Below are positions 1 through 9,338 of a stretch of 64,000 nucleotides of DNA, piece after piece. Origin of the DNA: a virus (taxonomy: Duplodnaviria > Caudoviricetes). How positions within the stretch are numbered: the stretch's first letter is position 1; each line of letters opens with the position of its first letter. A program made the position numbers and the translations under genes. The notes under the pieces were generated by a model. It was not told where the DNA came from and made no database searches. It saw only the letters and a program-made list of their open reading frames with translations. The DNA lies in IMG/VR virus record IMGVR_UViG_3300043444_000183, positions 52 through 64,051 of that record; one strand, written 5' to 3'.

Positions 1-136
1 AAAATGCTGTCTCGTTAGAGCAGTATGGTTTTGAGACAGAGCCAAGAAAAGAAAAGCCGCTAAAATACACAGCAGCTCCTGCACCCGCACCTATAGCAAA
101 GCCAAAAACTGAGGCACAGAAAAGAGAGCAAGAGTT
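1..136. repeat. Terminal direct repeat (circular assembly overlap), copy 1
   Basis: Identical to 63865-64000 except position 9 (G) vs 63873 (A). Confidence 0.97.
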
Positions 137-3100
137 ATTTGATACTTCATTTAAAGCTCTTGAAAAGACAGATCCTGAGTACTTGAGAAGAAAGGCTCAG
201 TCAGATGCTATTGACGCTAAGGTCAATCAGATCAACGCTGACTTCATAAATGACAATGAAGAAGATGTTGTGCCTAAAGTACAGCAGCTCATAAAAGACT
301 ATCCATATCTACAGGTCAATCAATCAGGCGCTGGTTATGACGAACTAGAAATAGTAAACACAGTTACCAACGAGAGAAAGAAAATCAACCTAGAGAACTG
401 GACGTCAGATAGGGATAAAGAAGAAGCCAAAATATTGAGTGGTTTCTTAGATGTTCAGATGACATCAAAAGACTATGTCAACCAATACCAAAAGGTAAAT
501 AAGATAAAGGAGCAGATGCAATCAGCTACTCCTACACAAAGAATTGAACTATCTCAACAATTACTAGATGAGCAAGCTAAGTTACAAGACCTATCTGATG
601 GTAGATATAACTATGCTAAAAATGACAAGTATAAGTCATCAGCCATTTACGACAAGAATGCAAAAGAGAATGTAAAGACAGACTTTGCTAGATTGCAACT
701 TCAATCTATTGACTACGCAGAAAAAGCGAAAAGCTATGCTGAGTGGAATCAAACAGTAACTGAAGCTAGACAAAAGGGATTAATTACTGAAGAGCAATAT
801 CAGAACGATTACCTTCCTAAGTTAGCTCAAGAAAAAAATATGCTTGTTGATGAGCGTAATAAAATCAATGATGACTTTAGGCAAACCCAATACAACAGCA
901 CATCAATTGATCGAATAGCAGCTGATGAGTTTGCCATTCAGTCTGAAAGAGGTAACGTATTAACAGGCGCCACATATTCAGCATTGCAAGGTGCAGAGAA
1001 CTCATTAAGATTCTTACTTGAGACAGGTGACTTTCAAGATGGTGAATTCAAGGGATTCTTGACAGGAGCTGCACCGGGATCAGTTAGTGATTTCTACACA
1101 TCATCTGAAAACAGAAGCGCATTTGAGCAAATCATATTTGGTCTTGCTAACTCAGGAGGGTCTGCACTAGTTGGTGCTGCTGCCGGTGTTCCATTCCTTG
1201 GTTTATATGCATCATCTTATGTAAGCACTAAAGACCAAATGAGTGGGCCTGAGTTTAAGGATGTGCCTGAATATCAAAAGATATTATTCTCAGGAGCACT
1301 TGGTGCTACAGTTGGTTTGCTAGAAAAGTATGGTATCAGTAAGTGGTTCTCAAAGACACCTGCGGGTAAAGGCCTTACTAATTGGGTGCTAAAGAAAACA
1401 GTTGCTGAACTAGGCAAGGATGCGTCTTCAGAAGCTATTGAGTTAGCTGTAAAGAAAAACTTGGGTGCAGCAATAACCAATGGACTTATTCAAGTTACAT
1501 CAGCCGGATTGGTAGAAGGATCTACTGAATTAGCTCAAGAGGCTGCTGACATGGTCTATAAGGATGTATTCAATAGAATGTCTGACAAAGGTCAGTTTGA
1601 CAATCCAAAATCATGGGCCGGGGTTGCTGATCGATTAAGCCAATCATTCATGCTTGGTTTTGCAGGTGGTGCTGGAATGCAATCTATCACACAGACATTA
1701 CAAGTTGCAGCAGGTGAAATGAATAAGGCTCAGATAAATAGTATTGAGCAGCTTATCGATAGCCCTGAACTTAAAGATACGTTTAGACTCAACATTAAAG
1801 ACCAAATACTTTCTGGTCAGATAACTAAACAGGAGGGCAAAGCAATTGCTGAGAGACTGAATGAAGTAGAGGGTACTCTTAATAAGATACCAAAGAATGT
1901 AGACCGTTATGAAGCGTTCAAGTTGATCAACGAGCGTGACGAAATAAAGAAAGAAATTGCAGGGAAAGACCCTGATCTTGTCGTCGTTCAGACTGAGCGA
2001 GTGGCAGAAATTAATGAACAACTAAAACAATTAAGCAAAGATGCCGTTCAAAAGCAAACAACAGGTGAAGTATCTGTACAGCCAGGAGCCCAAAGTGGCG
2101 GAGAAATGGCGCAAGGAAAACCAGAAGCAGGACCTCAAGAAGTTACCCAAGAAGGTCAGCAAGCCCAAGAAGAAGAGTTAAAAACAATTAATGATAGAAT
2201 ATTAAAGATTGAAGCTGCTAATAAAAGAGGTGAATTACTTGAAGATTCACAACCGGGTGAATTAAAAAGGCTCAAGGATAGAAAAAAACAATTAGAGAAG
2301 CAATCAGAAGCTTCAAGAGTTGAGTTTGATATTAAAGCTAAAACATTAGAAGAACTTGAAAAAATTCAATTTGAAATAGAAGAGTCTAAAGATCCTAAAG
2401 ATAGAAAGCTATTTAATGATATAGATAATGAACTTCAGAGTAGAGAATGGCAAAGCGTTATAAATGCTCCATTATCTGAGGTTAATGATGTATTAGATAC
2501 TTTAATAGAAAAAAATAAAACCATGCCTAATGGCTTTGGCGCTTATATTGAAAACGCAGAAGCTAGAAAAGCAAAACAGGTTATCAATAAGTATTTAGGT
2601 GAAGTATCACGAGAAGAAGCTGTAAAGGACTTTAAAGATGCATTCTTTGGATCACCTTCATCTTACTATCCAGATGGATTGCAATTGAGAGAATCTGCTA
2701 GAGTTTACATAGAAAATGGTGGAAGTATTAAAGATCTTCTTCAAAATATTTCTAGTGAATTTATTTCTGATGGATTTACAGAGGAAGATGCAGCAAATGT
2801 AATAAGTCGTAAGCTAGGACAAGTAGCTAAAACAAATTTGCAAGAAACAGAAAAAACAATTAATTTAGCCGCAGATGAAAAAGGAAACATACAACCCGAA
2901 CGCGCCGGAGACGGAAGAGGACGGACTGAGAGCAGGAAATTTACGCCTCTTGAAGGTGCGCCGTCAGTTCCAGGCATTAACGGGCCGGACCCACAACTTG
3001 TTGCCGTTGCAGAACAATACGCAGCAGACAATGGAATCGACCTCAAAAGACAGTCAGAATACGTCGAAGTAGATGAGGATCGAGCTAGGAGAATTGCCGA

Positions 3101-6100
3101 TGCTTACGAGCAGATGGCTGACGATCCACAGAATCCAAAAGTAAAAGAGGCTTATCAAGATCTTGTAAACCAAACAATAGCACAATACCAAGCTTTGGTA
3201 GATGCAGGTTATAAGTTTTGGTTCATGGATTTAAACATACCAAGCAATGCTGAGTATGCGTCTACTCCATATAATGCGCTAAGAGACCTTAGACAGAACA
3301 AAGAGATGGGTGTATTCCCAACTGCTGATGGATATGGAGAAGAAGGGATAACACAAGAGCAGAGAGAAAATAATCCGCTACTGCAAGATACAGGTATTAT
3401 GTGGCCTGTAGGTGGTTTAGATGGCGAGATGATGCCGGTACTAGCAAATGATTTATTCAGGGCTGTACACGATACATTTGGACATGGTTTAGAAGGTGCT
3501 GGTTTCAGAGCAAGAGGAGAAGAAAATGCATGGCAGGCTCACGTTAGATTGTTTACAGGGCCAGCTGTTGGAGCCATAACAAGTGAGACAAGAGGTCAGA
3601 ACTCTTGGTTGAACTATGGTCCTTTTGGAGAAGCTAATAGAACAGCTAAAGTAGATGACACTGTATTTGCTGATCAAAAGATTGGCCTTATGCCTGAGTG
3701 GACTTGGACCGAAGGTCGTGCGGGTGATATGGAAGTTGATATCATGGAAGCTGATACCACTAAGCAAAGTAACTTACAGAAAGTACTTGACACACTAGAT
3801 AAAATTGAAAAAGATCTTGACCAGTTTGGAAAGGAAACACTAGGTGTAAATATTCCGGTTGCATTAGCCAAGACAATTGTCAAGGCAGTTAAAGCGCTTG
3901 TTAAGGCAGGCGTATCACTTGAGCAAGCAATCAAAAAAGTTGCCGCTGAGAACAACCTATCTGAAAGAGAGGTAAGTTCATTACTTAAACCAACAAAAGT
4001 ATCTGAAATAGATGTTAACGAGGTAAGAGCTAAAGCTAGACCTGGAAAGCGTATATCAAAAGGATTATCAGTTAAAACAGTTGACCGTAAAAAGGTTATT
4101 GAAGAAACTGAAGACTTATCTATAGAATACGTTAAGAAAAATGCGCCAAAAGCATTTGTTTCTAATGCCAATATCATTGCTAAATACCCATTAATTGCCG
4201 GTAAAAAGAAGTTTAAAACAGCAACAACAGTTGAGCAGGCTCAAGAGATATATGACGTATTTGTTAGAGAAGTAGCTGACAACCTAAACTACTTAATGGC
4301 TGAATTTAAGCCAGAGTACAGAGAGATATCAACTCTTTGGTATGATGGAGCGAATGCTATAGCAAATGATTTTGCTACGCAATTTGGTGTATCAGCAGAA
4401 CAGGCAGCAGGTATAATAGCGGCTATGTCTCCTCAAAAAGATTGGTATCAAAATGTTCGATTGGCAGAGATGGTGTTAATGGCCTATAAAGATAATCCAG
4501 TCATGACTAAGGAAATGATTGATTATCAAAAGGGCGTAAACGAAAAAGGTCTTTATGATGGAGCTAAATCAGCTGGCAAAAAATTAAAAAAGGCACAAAA
4601 AGAATACAGCGAATCTAGAACTAAAGCCAATAAAGAAGCCTTAGAAGAGGCAAAAGTTAACATGCAAAAAGCTATTGAAAAAGCTGACGCTGTAATAACT
4701 ATGCTTAATAAATATGTAGGTAAAAAATTAAATGAAGTTCCTGCATTTGTTCAACCATATATGGTGAGAACATATCACGAGGTAAATACTACTAAAGATT
4801 ACAATATTGTAGCTCCAGATGGTAGTGTTCAAGGTGTTGCAAAAAAGAACAATGGATCTAAAGCCAAAGTTGCATGGGGATCTTATAGTGAGATTGGAAA
4901 GGCAGTTGCTATTAAAAATGACGGTAGCCAAGAAAATATCACAAGATCTTTAGGCGAGATGCATAAGATCAGAAATTTCTATAATAACATCATTGATCCA
5001 ATGAGTAAAGATGGTGATGTTACCATGGATACACATGCGATCGCAGCAGCATTATTGTTACCTTTATCTGGTAAATCAACTCAAGTTGGTCAAAATTTTG
5101 GTACCAAAACCGCAAACTCTGCACCTCTTGGTATTAAAGGTCTTTACTACGCTTATGCTGATGCTTATGCATTGGCTGCTAAAGAAGCAGGATTACTTCC
5201 AAGACAGGTACAAAGTATTACTTGGGAGGCTGTGCGCGGTTTATATACAGACACGTTTAAAGGAAATAAAGCTGAAGTAGCAAAAATTAATAATATTTGG
5301 AAAGACTATCAAGATGGAAAAATTACAATCGATGAAGCAAGAGAACAAGCCAAGCAATCAGCCGGTGGCATCAAAGACCCAACCTGGGCAGGAGGACCTC
5401 TTCAAGAAGAGCCTGGAGGAAGCGTTGGGCAGGAAAGTGTCAGCGGAAGAGGTGAAGGAGATGGACGCAATATTGTCGGGGATAGACCTGGAAGGGAGAT
5501 ATTAACAGCAGACACCAAAGATAAAGCAATTCTAAAAAAAGCACTTGACTTTTTAGATAAAGCTGATAAAGACTTAGGAAAGTTTGGTAAAGAAACACTT
5601 GGTATTAATATACCAGTTGCAACTCTTCAAGCTATTGTTAAATTAGCTAAGGCATTAGTAAAAACAGGATTAACGTTACAAGAAGCCATCATCAAAGCGG
5701 CTGAACAGAAAAATGTATCCACTCAGGATGCATTGAATGCAATTATGTTTATGTCTGAGACTATCAAGCAACCTATCAAAAAGGTTCTTGTTAGTGAAGC
5801 AGCAGCCCTTAAATCACAACTTAGATTAGAAGCCAGAGCAGCGCGAGAGGCTAAGATGGATCTAAATGCTAAACGTAAGGCATTGGTTTCAGCTATATCA
5901 GCTATGGTTAAGGATGGTAAAATATCCACTCGTCAATCAAAATCAATCATCAATAAGGTTGGTAAAGTAAACCTGGACAACCCGATTATGGTTGAGCGAT
6001 TGATCAATTATGCTGAGAAGGTATTCCAAAGAGCTGACTACCAAGAAAGATTGTCTGAGGCATCTAAAATCAGAAAGTCAATCAGACGTGCATTGAAGTC

Positions 6101-9100
6101 CAAAGAACTTCAGGCTGAGGTTGTTGGTATGGCTAAGATGTTTACAAAAGTTGATCCTTTCTTAGTTGAAAACATTGATCAATACATCTCAAACGCAGAG
6201 AACGTTCTAAATGCAGTCCGACCTGTAAGAGGTACTGAAGTTGCTATTAGACAAGCAGCTGACATTGAAGCCATCAATGAGTTCACTATGGAGCAGATTG
6301 AGCTTCAGGAAAAGAACAAGAAAGCTGAGTTAATGTCTGTACACAGCTATTTAGTTGAATCTGGTGCTATAACTGAAGACATGACTTCTAAAGAAATGCA
6401 GGAGATCATTGACATCATTAGCACTAAAGAAGATGAGATTAACGACCCCGATAAGAAGATGAACTTCTTGAAAAATCGTTTTGAGTTCATGTCTGGTATC
6501 ATAGAAAAGATGATTGTGAACAACGAAGATCCGTTCACAGAAGAGTCACTTGATCTTACACCAAGACAAAAAGAATTAATGGGACAGCTGTTGAAAATTG
6601 ACATGGATAGATTGTCAGTTAAACAGGCTGCGTTAGTTCTTGAGGCTATGGATAACTTCATGAATAACGGTATCACAAGTGGTGTCGAGGCAGTCGTTAA
6701 GAACTACCAAGGCACACTTAATGCTGATCGATTGGCTGCTTCAGGAAAGAGATCAAGACCACTTAAGATGTATTTCAATAAAGGGATTGGTAAGTTATTT
6801 GGAGAGCAATTTGTATCGCTTCCGCTACTCATTGAGCGCATGTTCCCAGGGATGAAGAATGGTCTGAAGCTTATGTCAGACATGGGACTTACCGATGTTA
6901 TTAGAGGTGCAGCAAAGGCTGACTATGAGCACAAGCAATTGGTTAAGCAATATACTGAGCAAGGATTCTATAAGCAGAAAGGTTTTATGAATGCAGAGAA
7001 TGTATACGAAAGAGGTATGCTTGCATTCTTAAGTAGAAATTTAATTGGCACCGAGACAGAAAGACGAAATGAGTTTACACGTCGCGTCAAAATTATTGAG
7101 GAGTCAATTAAAGAACTAGAGGCTGGGTCAGCTGCTGAAGTAAAGATGGCAGATCTATATCAAAAGGCATATGACAAGTTAAAAGTATCTGAGCGTGATA
7201 TTGATGTCATCAAGGCAAATGCTGAGCAGATGAACTTAGATGCAGTTGATTGGATGACAAATCAATGGGCTTCGAAGTATGACCAACTTGCTGACGTTAG
7301 CTTAGCTGTATACAACTCAATTCTTGGTAGTGATACCAACTATACGCCAGATAGATATAAAGGCTTAGAAGGGGCTGATTTAGAGCTAGACGAAGACTTA
7401 TTAAGCAGAGGTAGCGCATTCATGTCGTCACTTGATTATACCAATAAAAACAAGTCAGGTGTATTGATTGAGACGACAAGACCTAAGAACTTACCGAAAA
7501 ACAGATTTATCAGTCTTGATTTTGATACCAATAACTTTGCAAGTCTTAAAGGCGCAATGATTGACATTGAGACCGCTCCATCTATTCGTCAAGTAGATGG
7601 TTTCTTAAAGTCTGATGGTTATAAGAAAATGGTAAATGGTGATGATCGTAGAATTCTTACCTCTAGGATCAACAACTATATATCGTCAGTAAAGGGTAAG
7701 ACAAACTTCAACAGAGATACACTTAAATCAGTTGAGCGTTTAGCTAACTTCCTTGGATCTTTAGGTGTTGGTAAGGCATTAGGTGGATTAGATCAGGTTG
7801 TAAAACAAACGACACCTGTTATTGTCAACACAATGATTAATGCTGGGAGATTCACTCCATTAAACATGGAAATGAACGAGGCAATTAATAGAAGTGGAAT
7901 GCCTATAGCTAATCGTGGTATTGAGTCCATTACAGCTGTTGAATCAATTGACTCATTGATTGACAAGAAATCAACGACAGCAGCAGAAGCTGTTAAGTTT
8001 GTTGAGAAGATTAGTCAGATGTACATGAAGGCGCTACTAGCTAAACCAGATGTGTGGGTAGCAAGGTCATCATTTGTCACATACTATCAGAAGTATCTAC
8101 GTGATAATGGAATGGATACTGATATTGATTGGAAAGATCATGAGTGGAACAAAGAAGCCATGGAGTATGCTCAGATGATGGTTGACCGTCAGCAGAATAT
8201 CTCAGACGAGAAACTTGCTGGTAAATTCTTGTCATCTAGAGATCCAATGATTAGCGTGGCAAGAAAGGTTGTATTCCCATTTGCTACGTTTATTCTCAAC
8301 CAAAAGGCGCGTATGCATAATGACTTTATCGCATTGTTTGGTAGCGATGTATCAACAGAGGATAGAGCAAAAGCTGTTAAATCATTAGGAGGTCTAGCTG
8401 CTGAGATGATTACATACCAAGCTATTGCATACTTTATCAAGACAATGGTATACGATAATATTGCGGCATACATTGTAGGAGACGAAGAGGAAGAAGAGAA
8501 AAAAGAACGTTCATTCTTTGGTATCAAGATGACAAAGAAGCAATGGAACGCAACTAAATTCCCTGTAAAAAGCTTTGTGTCTGACCTATTATCTCCGCTT
8601 CCACTTACAGATGACTTGGTGTCATTTGGATTTGATACAATGATGGAGAACTTCCCAATGATTACTCAAGAGGAAATAACTCAATCAATAAAAGATCAAA
8701 ACGATGCTAGAGCACTTAGAGGTCAGGAGCCAATGAATGCTGAGCAAGAAGCCAACTTCACTGAAAAACTTAAGCAGCAAAATATATACTCAGTTACATT
8801 TAAAAATGATGGAGCAGGTAGAGCTTACGGTGTCCCAGGTATTGCGTTTGATACATACATGGAGCTTGCAGAGATGGGTAGAATGGCAACTACAGGTGAG
8901 TTCACTGAGGACATTGGATACGGACCAAAAACTAAATACCTTACCAAAGAAGGTCAGGAATTAGTTAAGTACATGACAATACCAATGGTATTATACTCTA
9001 CAGGTCTTGTACCAAAAGACTTCGGTACTGTTGCTAGAAAGGTTGTGAGTTCGGCTAAAAAGAAAGCTATTAGTGAGACCAAGAATAAGAACATAGGACT

Positions 9101-9338
9101 TCTTAAAGAAGAACTTGGTCGCAAGCCAAATGAGTGGGAGAAAAATCTTGTCATGAATACTGATAAGAGACTGACAGGTCTTGTTGATGCGATTAAGTTT
9201 GCTGAAAGATTTGGAGGGTTAACACCTGAGCAAGGAGCTGAGTATGTCAAACTAATTGAGAAGACTGGTGACTACGACTACCTAAATCTAAAAAGAATTC
9301 AGGACGGAGAAACAGCCGATCAAATATTAAAGAAGTAA
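3..9338 (+). CDS. Giant polyvalent internal virion/ejection protein, C-terminal ~3111 aa (starts at 63528; ~3224 aa total)
   Basis: Frame is open from position 3 and continuous with the ORF from ATG 63528 across the overlap. Last gene of the structural module. Contains an RAVHDTFGH domain, a WY..SPQ..W..N/DTHA/QSITW domain and a helical C-terminal region. Confidence 0.85.
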   Translation, partial: NAVSLEQYGFETEPRKEKPLKYTAAPAPAPIAKPKTEAQKREQELFDTSFKALEKTDPEYLRRKAQSDAIDAKVNQINADFINDNEEDVVPKVQQLIKDYPYLQVNQSGAGYDELEIVNTVTNERKKINLENWTSDRDKEEAKILSGFLDVQMTSKDYVNQYQKVNKIKEQMQSATPTQRIELSQQLLDEQAKLQDLSDGRYNYAKNDKYKSSAIYDKNAKENVKTDFARLQLQSIDYAEKAKSYAEWNQTVTEARQKGLITEEQYQNDYLPKLAQEKNMLVDERNKINDDFRQTQYNSTSIDRIAADEFAIQSERGNVLTGATYSALQGAENSLRFLLETGDFQDGEFKGFLTGAAPGSVSDFYTSSENRSAFEQIIFGLANSGGSALVGAAAGVPFLGLYASSYVSTKDQMSGPEFKDVPEYQKILFSGALGATVGLLEKYGISKWFSKTPAGKGLTNWVLKKTVAELGKDASSEAIELAVKKNLGAAITNGLIQVTSAGLVEGSTELAQEAADMVYKDVFNRMSDKGQFDNPKSWAGVADRLSQSFMLGFAGGAGMQSITQTLQVAAGEMNKAQINSIEQLIDSPELKDTFRLNIKDQILSGQITKQEGKAIAERLNEVEGTLNKIPKNVDRYEAFKLINERDEIKKEIAGKDPDLVVVQTERVAEINEQLKQLSKDAVQKQTTGEVSVQPGAQSGGEMAQGKPEAGPQEVTQEGQQAQEEELKTINDRILKIEAANKRGELLEDSQPGELKRLKDRKKQLEKQSEASRVEFDIKAKTLEELEKIQFEIEESKDPKDRKLFNDIDNELQSREWQSVINAPLSEVNDVLDTLIEKNKTMPNGFGAYIENAEARKAKQVINKYLGEVSREEAVKDFKDAFFGSPSSYYPDGLQLRESARVYIENGGSIKDLLQNISSEFISDGFTEEDAANVISRKLGQVAKTNLQETEKTINLAADEKGNIQPERAGDGRGRTESRKFTPLEGAPSVPGINGPDPQLVAVAEQYAADNGIDLKRQSEYVEVDEDRARRIADAYEQMADDPQNPKVKEAYQDLVNQTIAQYQALVDAGYKFWFMDLNIPSNAEYASTPYNALRDLRQNKEMGVFPTADGYGEEGITQEQRENNPLLQDTGIMWPVGGLDGEMMPVLANDLFRAVHDTFGHGLEGAGFRARGEENAWQAHVRLFTGPAVGAITSETRGQNSWLNYGPFGEANRTAKVDDTVFADQKIGLMPEWTWTEGRAGDMEVDIMEADTTKQSNLQKVLDTLDKIEKDLDQFGKETLGVNIPVALAKTIVKAVKALVKAGVSLEQAIKKVAAENNLSEREVSSLLKPTKVSEIDVNEVRAKARPGKRISKGLSVKTVDRKKVIEETEDLSIEYVKKNAPKAFVSNANIIAKYPLIAGKKKFKTATTVEQAQEIYDVFVREVADNLNYLMAEFKPEYREISTLWYDGANAIANDFATQFGVSAEQAAGIIAAMSPQKDWYQNVRLAEMVLMAYKDNPVMTKEMIDYQKGVNEKGLYDGAKSAGKKLKKAQKEYSESRTKANKEALEEAKVNMQKAIEKADAVITMLNKYVGKKLNEVPAFVQPYMVRTYHEVNTTKDYNIVAPDGSVQGVAKKNNGSKAKVAWGSYSEIGKAVAIKNDGSQENITRSLGEMHKIRNFYNNIIDPMSKDGDVTMDTHAIAAALLLPLSGKSTQVGQNFGTKTANSAPLGIKGLYYAYADAYALAAKEAGLLPRQVQSITWEAVRGLYTDTFKGNKAEVAKINNIWKDYQDGKITIDEAREQAKQSAGGIKDPTWAGGPLQEEPGGSVGQESVSGRGEGDGRNIVGDRPGREILTADTKDKAILKKALDFLDKADKDLGKFGKETLGINIPVATLQAIVKLAKALVKTGLTLQEAIIKAAEQKNVSTQDALNAIMFMSETIKQPIKKVLVSEAAALKSQLRLEARAAREAKMDLNAKRKALVSAISAMVKDGKISTRQSKSIINKVGKVNLDNPIMVERLINYAEKVFQRADYQERLSEASKIRKSIRRALKSKELQAEVVGMAKMFTKVDPFLVENIDQYISNAENVLNAVRPVRGTEVAIRQAADIEAINEFTMEQIELQEKNKKAELMSVHSYLVESGAITEDMTSKEMQEIIDIISTKEDEINDPDKKMNFLKNRFEFMSGIIEKMIVNNEDPFTEESLDLTPRQKELMGQLLKIDMDRLSVKQAALVLEAMDNFMNNGITSGVEAVVKNYQGTLNADRLAASGKRSRPLKMYFNKGIGKLFGEQFVSLPLLIERMFPGMKNGLKLMSDMGLTDVIRGAAKADYEHKQLVKQYTEQGFYKQKGFMNAENVYERGMLAFLSRNLIGTETERRNEFTRRVKIIEESIKELEAGSAAEVKMADLYQKAYDKLKVSERDIDVIKANAEQMNLDAVDWMTNQWASKYDQLADVSLAVYNSILGSDTNYTPDRYKGLEGADLELDEDLLSRGSAFMSSLDYTNKNKSGVLIETTRPKNLPKNRFISLDFDTNNFASLKGAMIDIETAPSIRQVDGFLKSDGYKKMVNGDDRRILTSRINNYISSVKGKTNFNRDTLKSVERLANFLGSLGVGKALGGLDQVVKQTTPVIVNTMINAGRFTPLNMEMNEAINRSGMPIANRGIESITAVESIDSLIDKKSTTAAEAVKFVEKISQMYMKALLAKPDVWVARSSFVTYYQKYLRDNGMDTDIDWKDHEWNKEAMEYAQMMVDRQQNISDEKLAGKFLSSRDPMISVARKVVFPFATFILNQKARMHNDFIALFGSDVSTEDRAKAVKSLGGLAAEMITYQAIAYFIKTMVYDNIAAYIVGDEEEEEKKERSFFGIKMTKKQWNATKFPVKSFVSDLLSPLPLTDDLVSFGFDTMMENFPMITQEEITQSIKDQNDARALRGQEPMNAEQEANFTEKLKQQNIYSVTFKNDGAGRAYGVPGIAFDTYMELAEMGRMATTGEFTEDIGYGPKTKYLTKEGQELVKYMTIPMVLYSTGLVPKDFGTVARKVVSSAKKKAISETKNKNIGLLKEELGRKPNEWEKNLVMNTDKRLTGLVDAIKFAERFGGLTPEQGAEYVKLIEKTGDYDYLNLKRIQDGETADQILKK
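2041..2181 (+). CDS. Nested +1-frame small basic protein (MPFKSKQQVKYLYSQEPKVAEKWRKE..., 46 aa)
   Basis: ATG after an A-rich initiation region; resembles the small phage MPFKSxxQ proteins; the host frame here is a low-complexity linker. Confidence 0.6.
   Translation: MPFKSKQQVKYLYSQEPKVAEKWRKENQKQDLKKLPKKVSKPKKKS
2875..3072 (+). CDS. Candidate nested +1-frame protein (65 aa)
   Basis: ATG 6 nt after the promoter-like TAATTTAG; overlaps a G/R/E-rich linker of the giant protein. Confidence 0.35.
   Translation: MKKETYNPNAPETEEDGLRAGNLRLLKVRRQFQALTGRTHNLLPLQNNTQQTMESTSKDSQNTSK
5314..5505 (+). CDS. Candidate nested +1-frame protein (63 aa, or shorter from an internal Met)
   Basis: Amphipathic helical read-out (LFKKSLEEALGRKVSAEEVKEMDAIL) under a G/E/R-rich linker of the giant protein. 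Confidence 0.4.
   Translation: MEKLQSMKQENKPSNQPVASKTQPGQEDLFKKSLEEALGRKVSAEEVKEMDAILSGIDLEGRY

Noticed and set aside
5011-5280. Another nested +1-frame gene (likewise 8737-8964)
   Set aside because: It overlaps a conserved domain core rather than a linker and has the L/M/K-rich composition typical of a shadow frame
8109-8132. GMDTDIDW, a DxDxD motif suggesting a crAss-like virion RNA polymerase
   Set aside because: It lies in a helical C-terminal region with no recognisable double-psi beta-barrel motifs; likely chance
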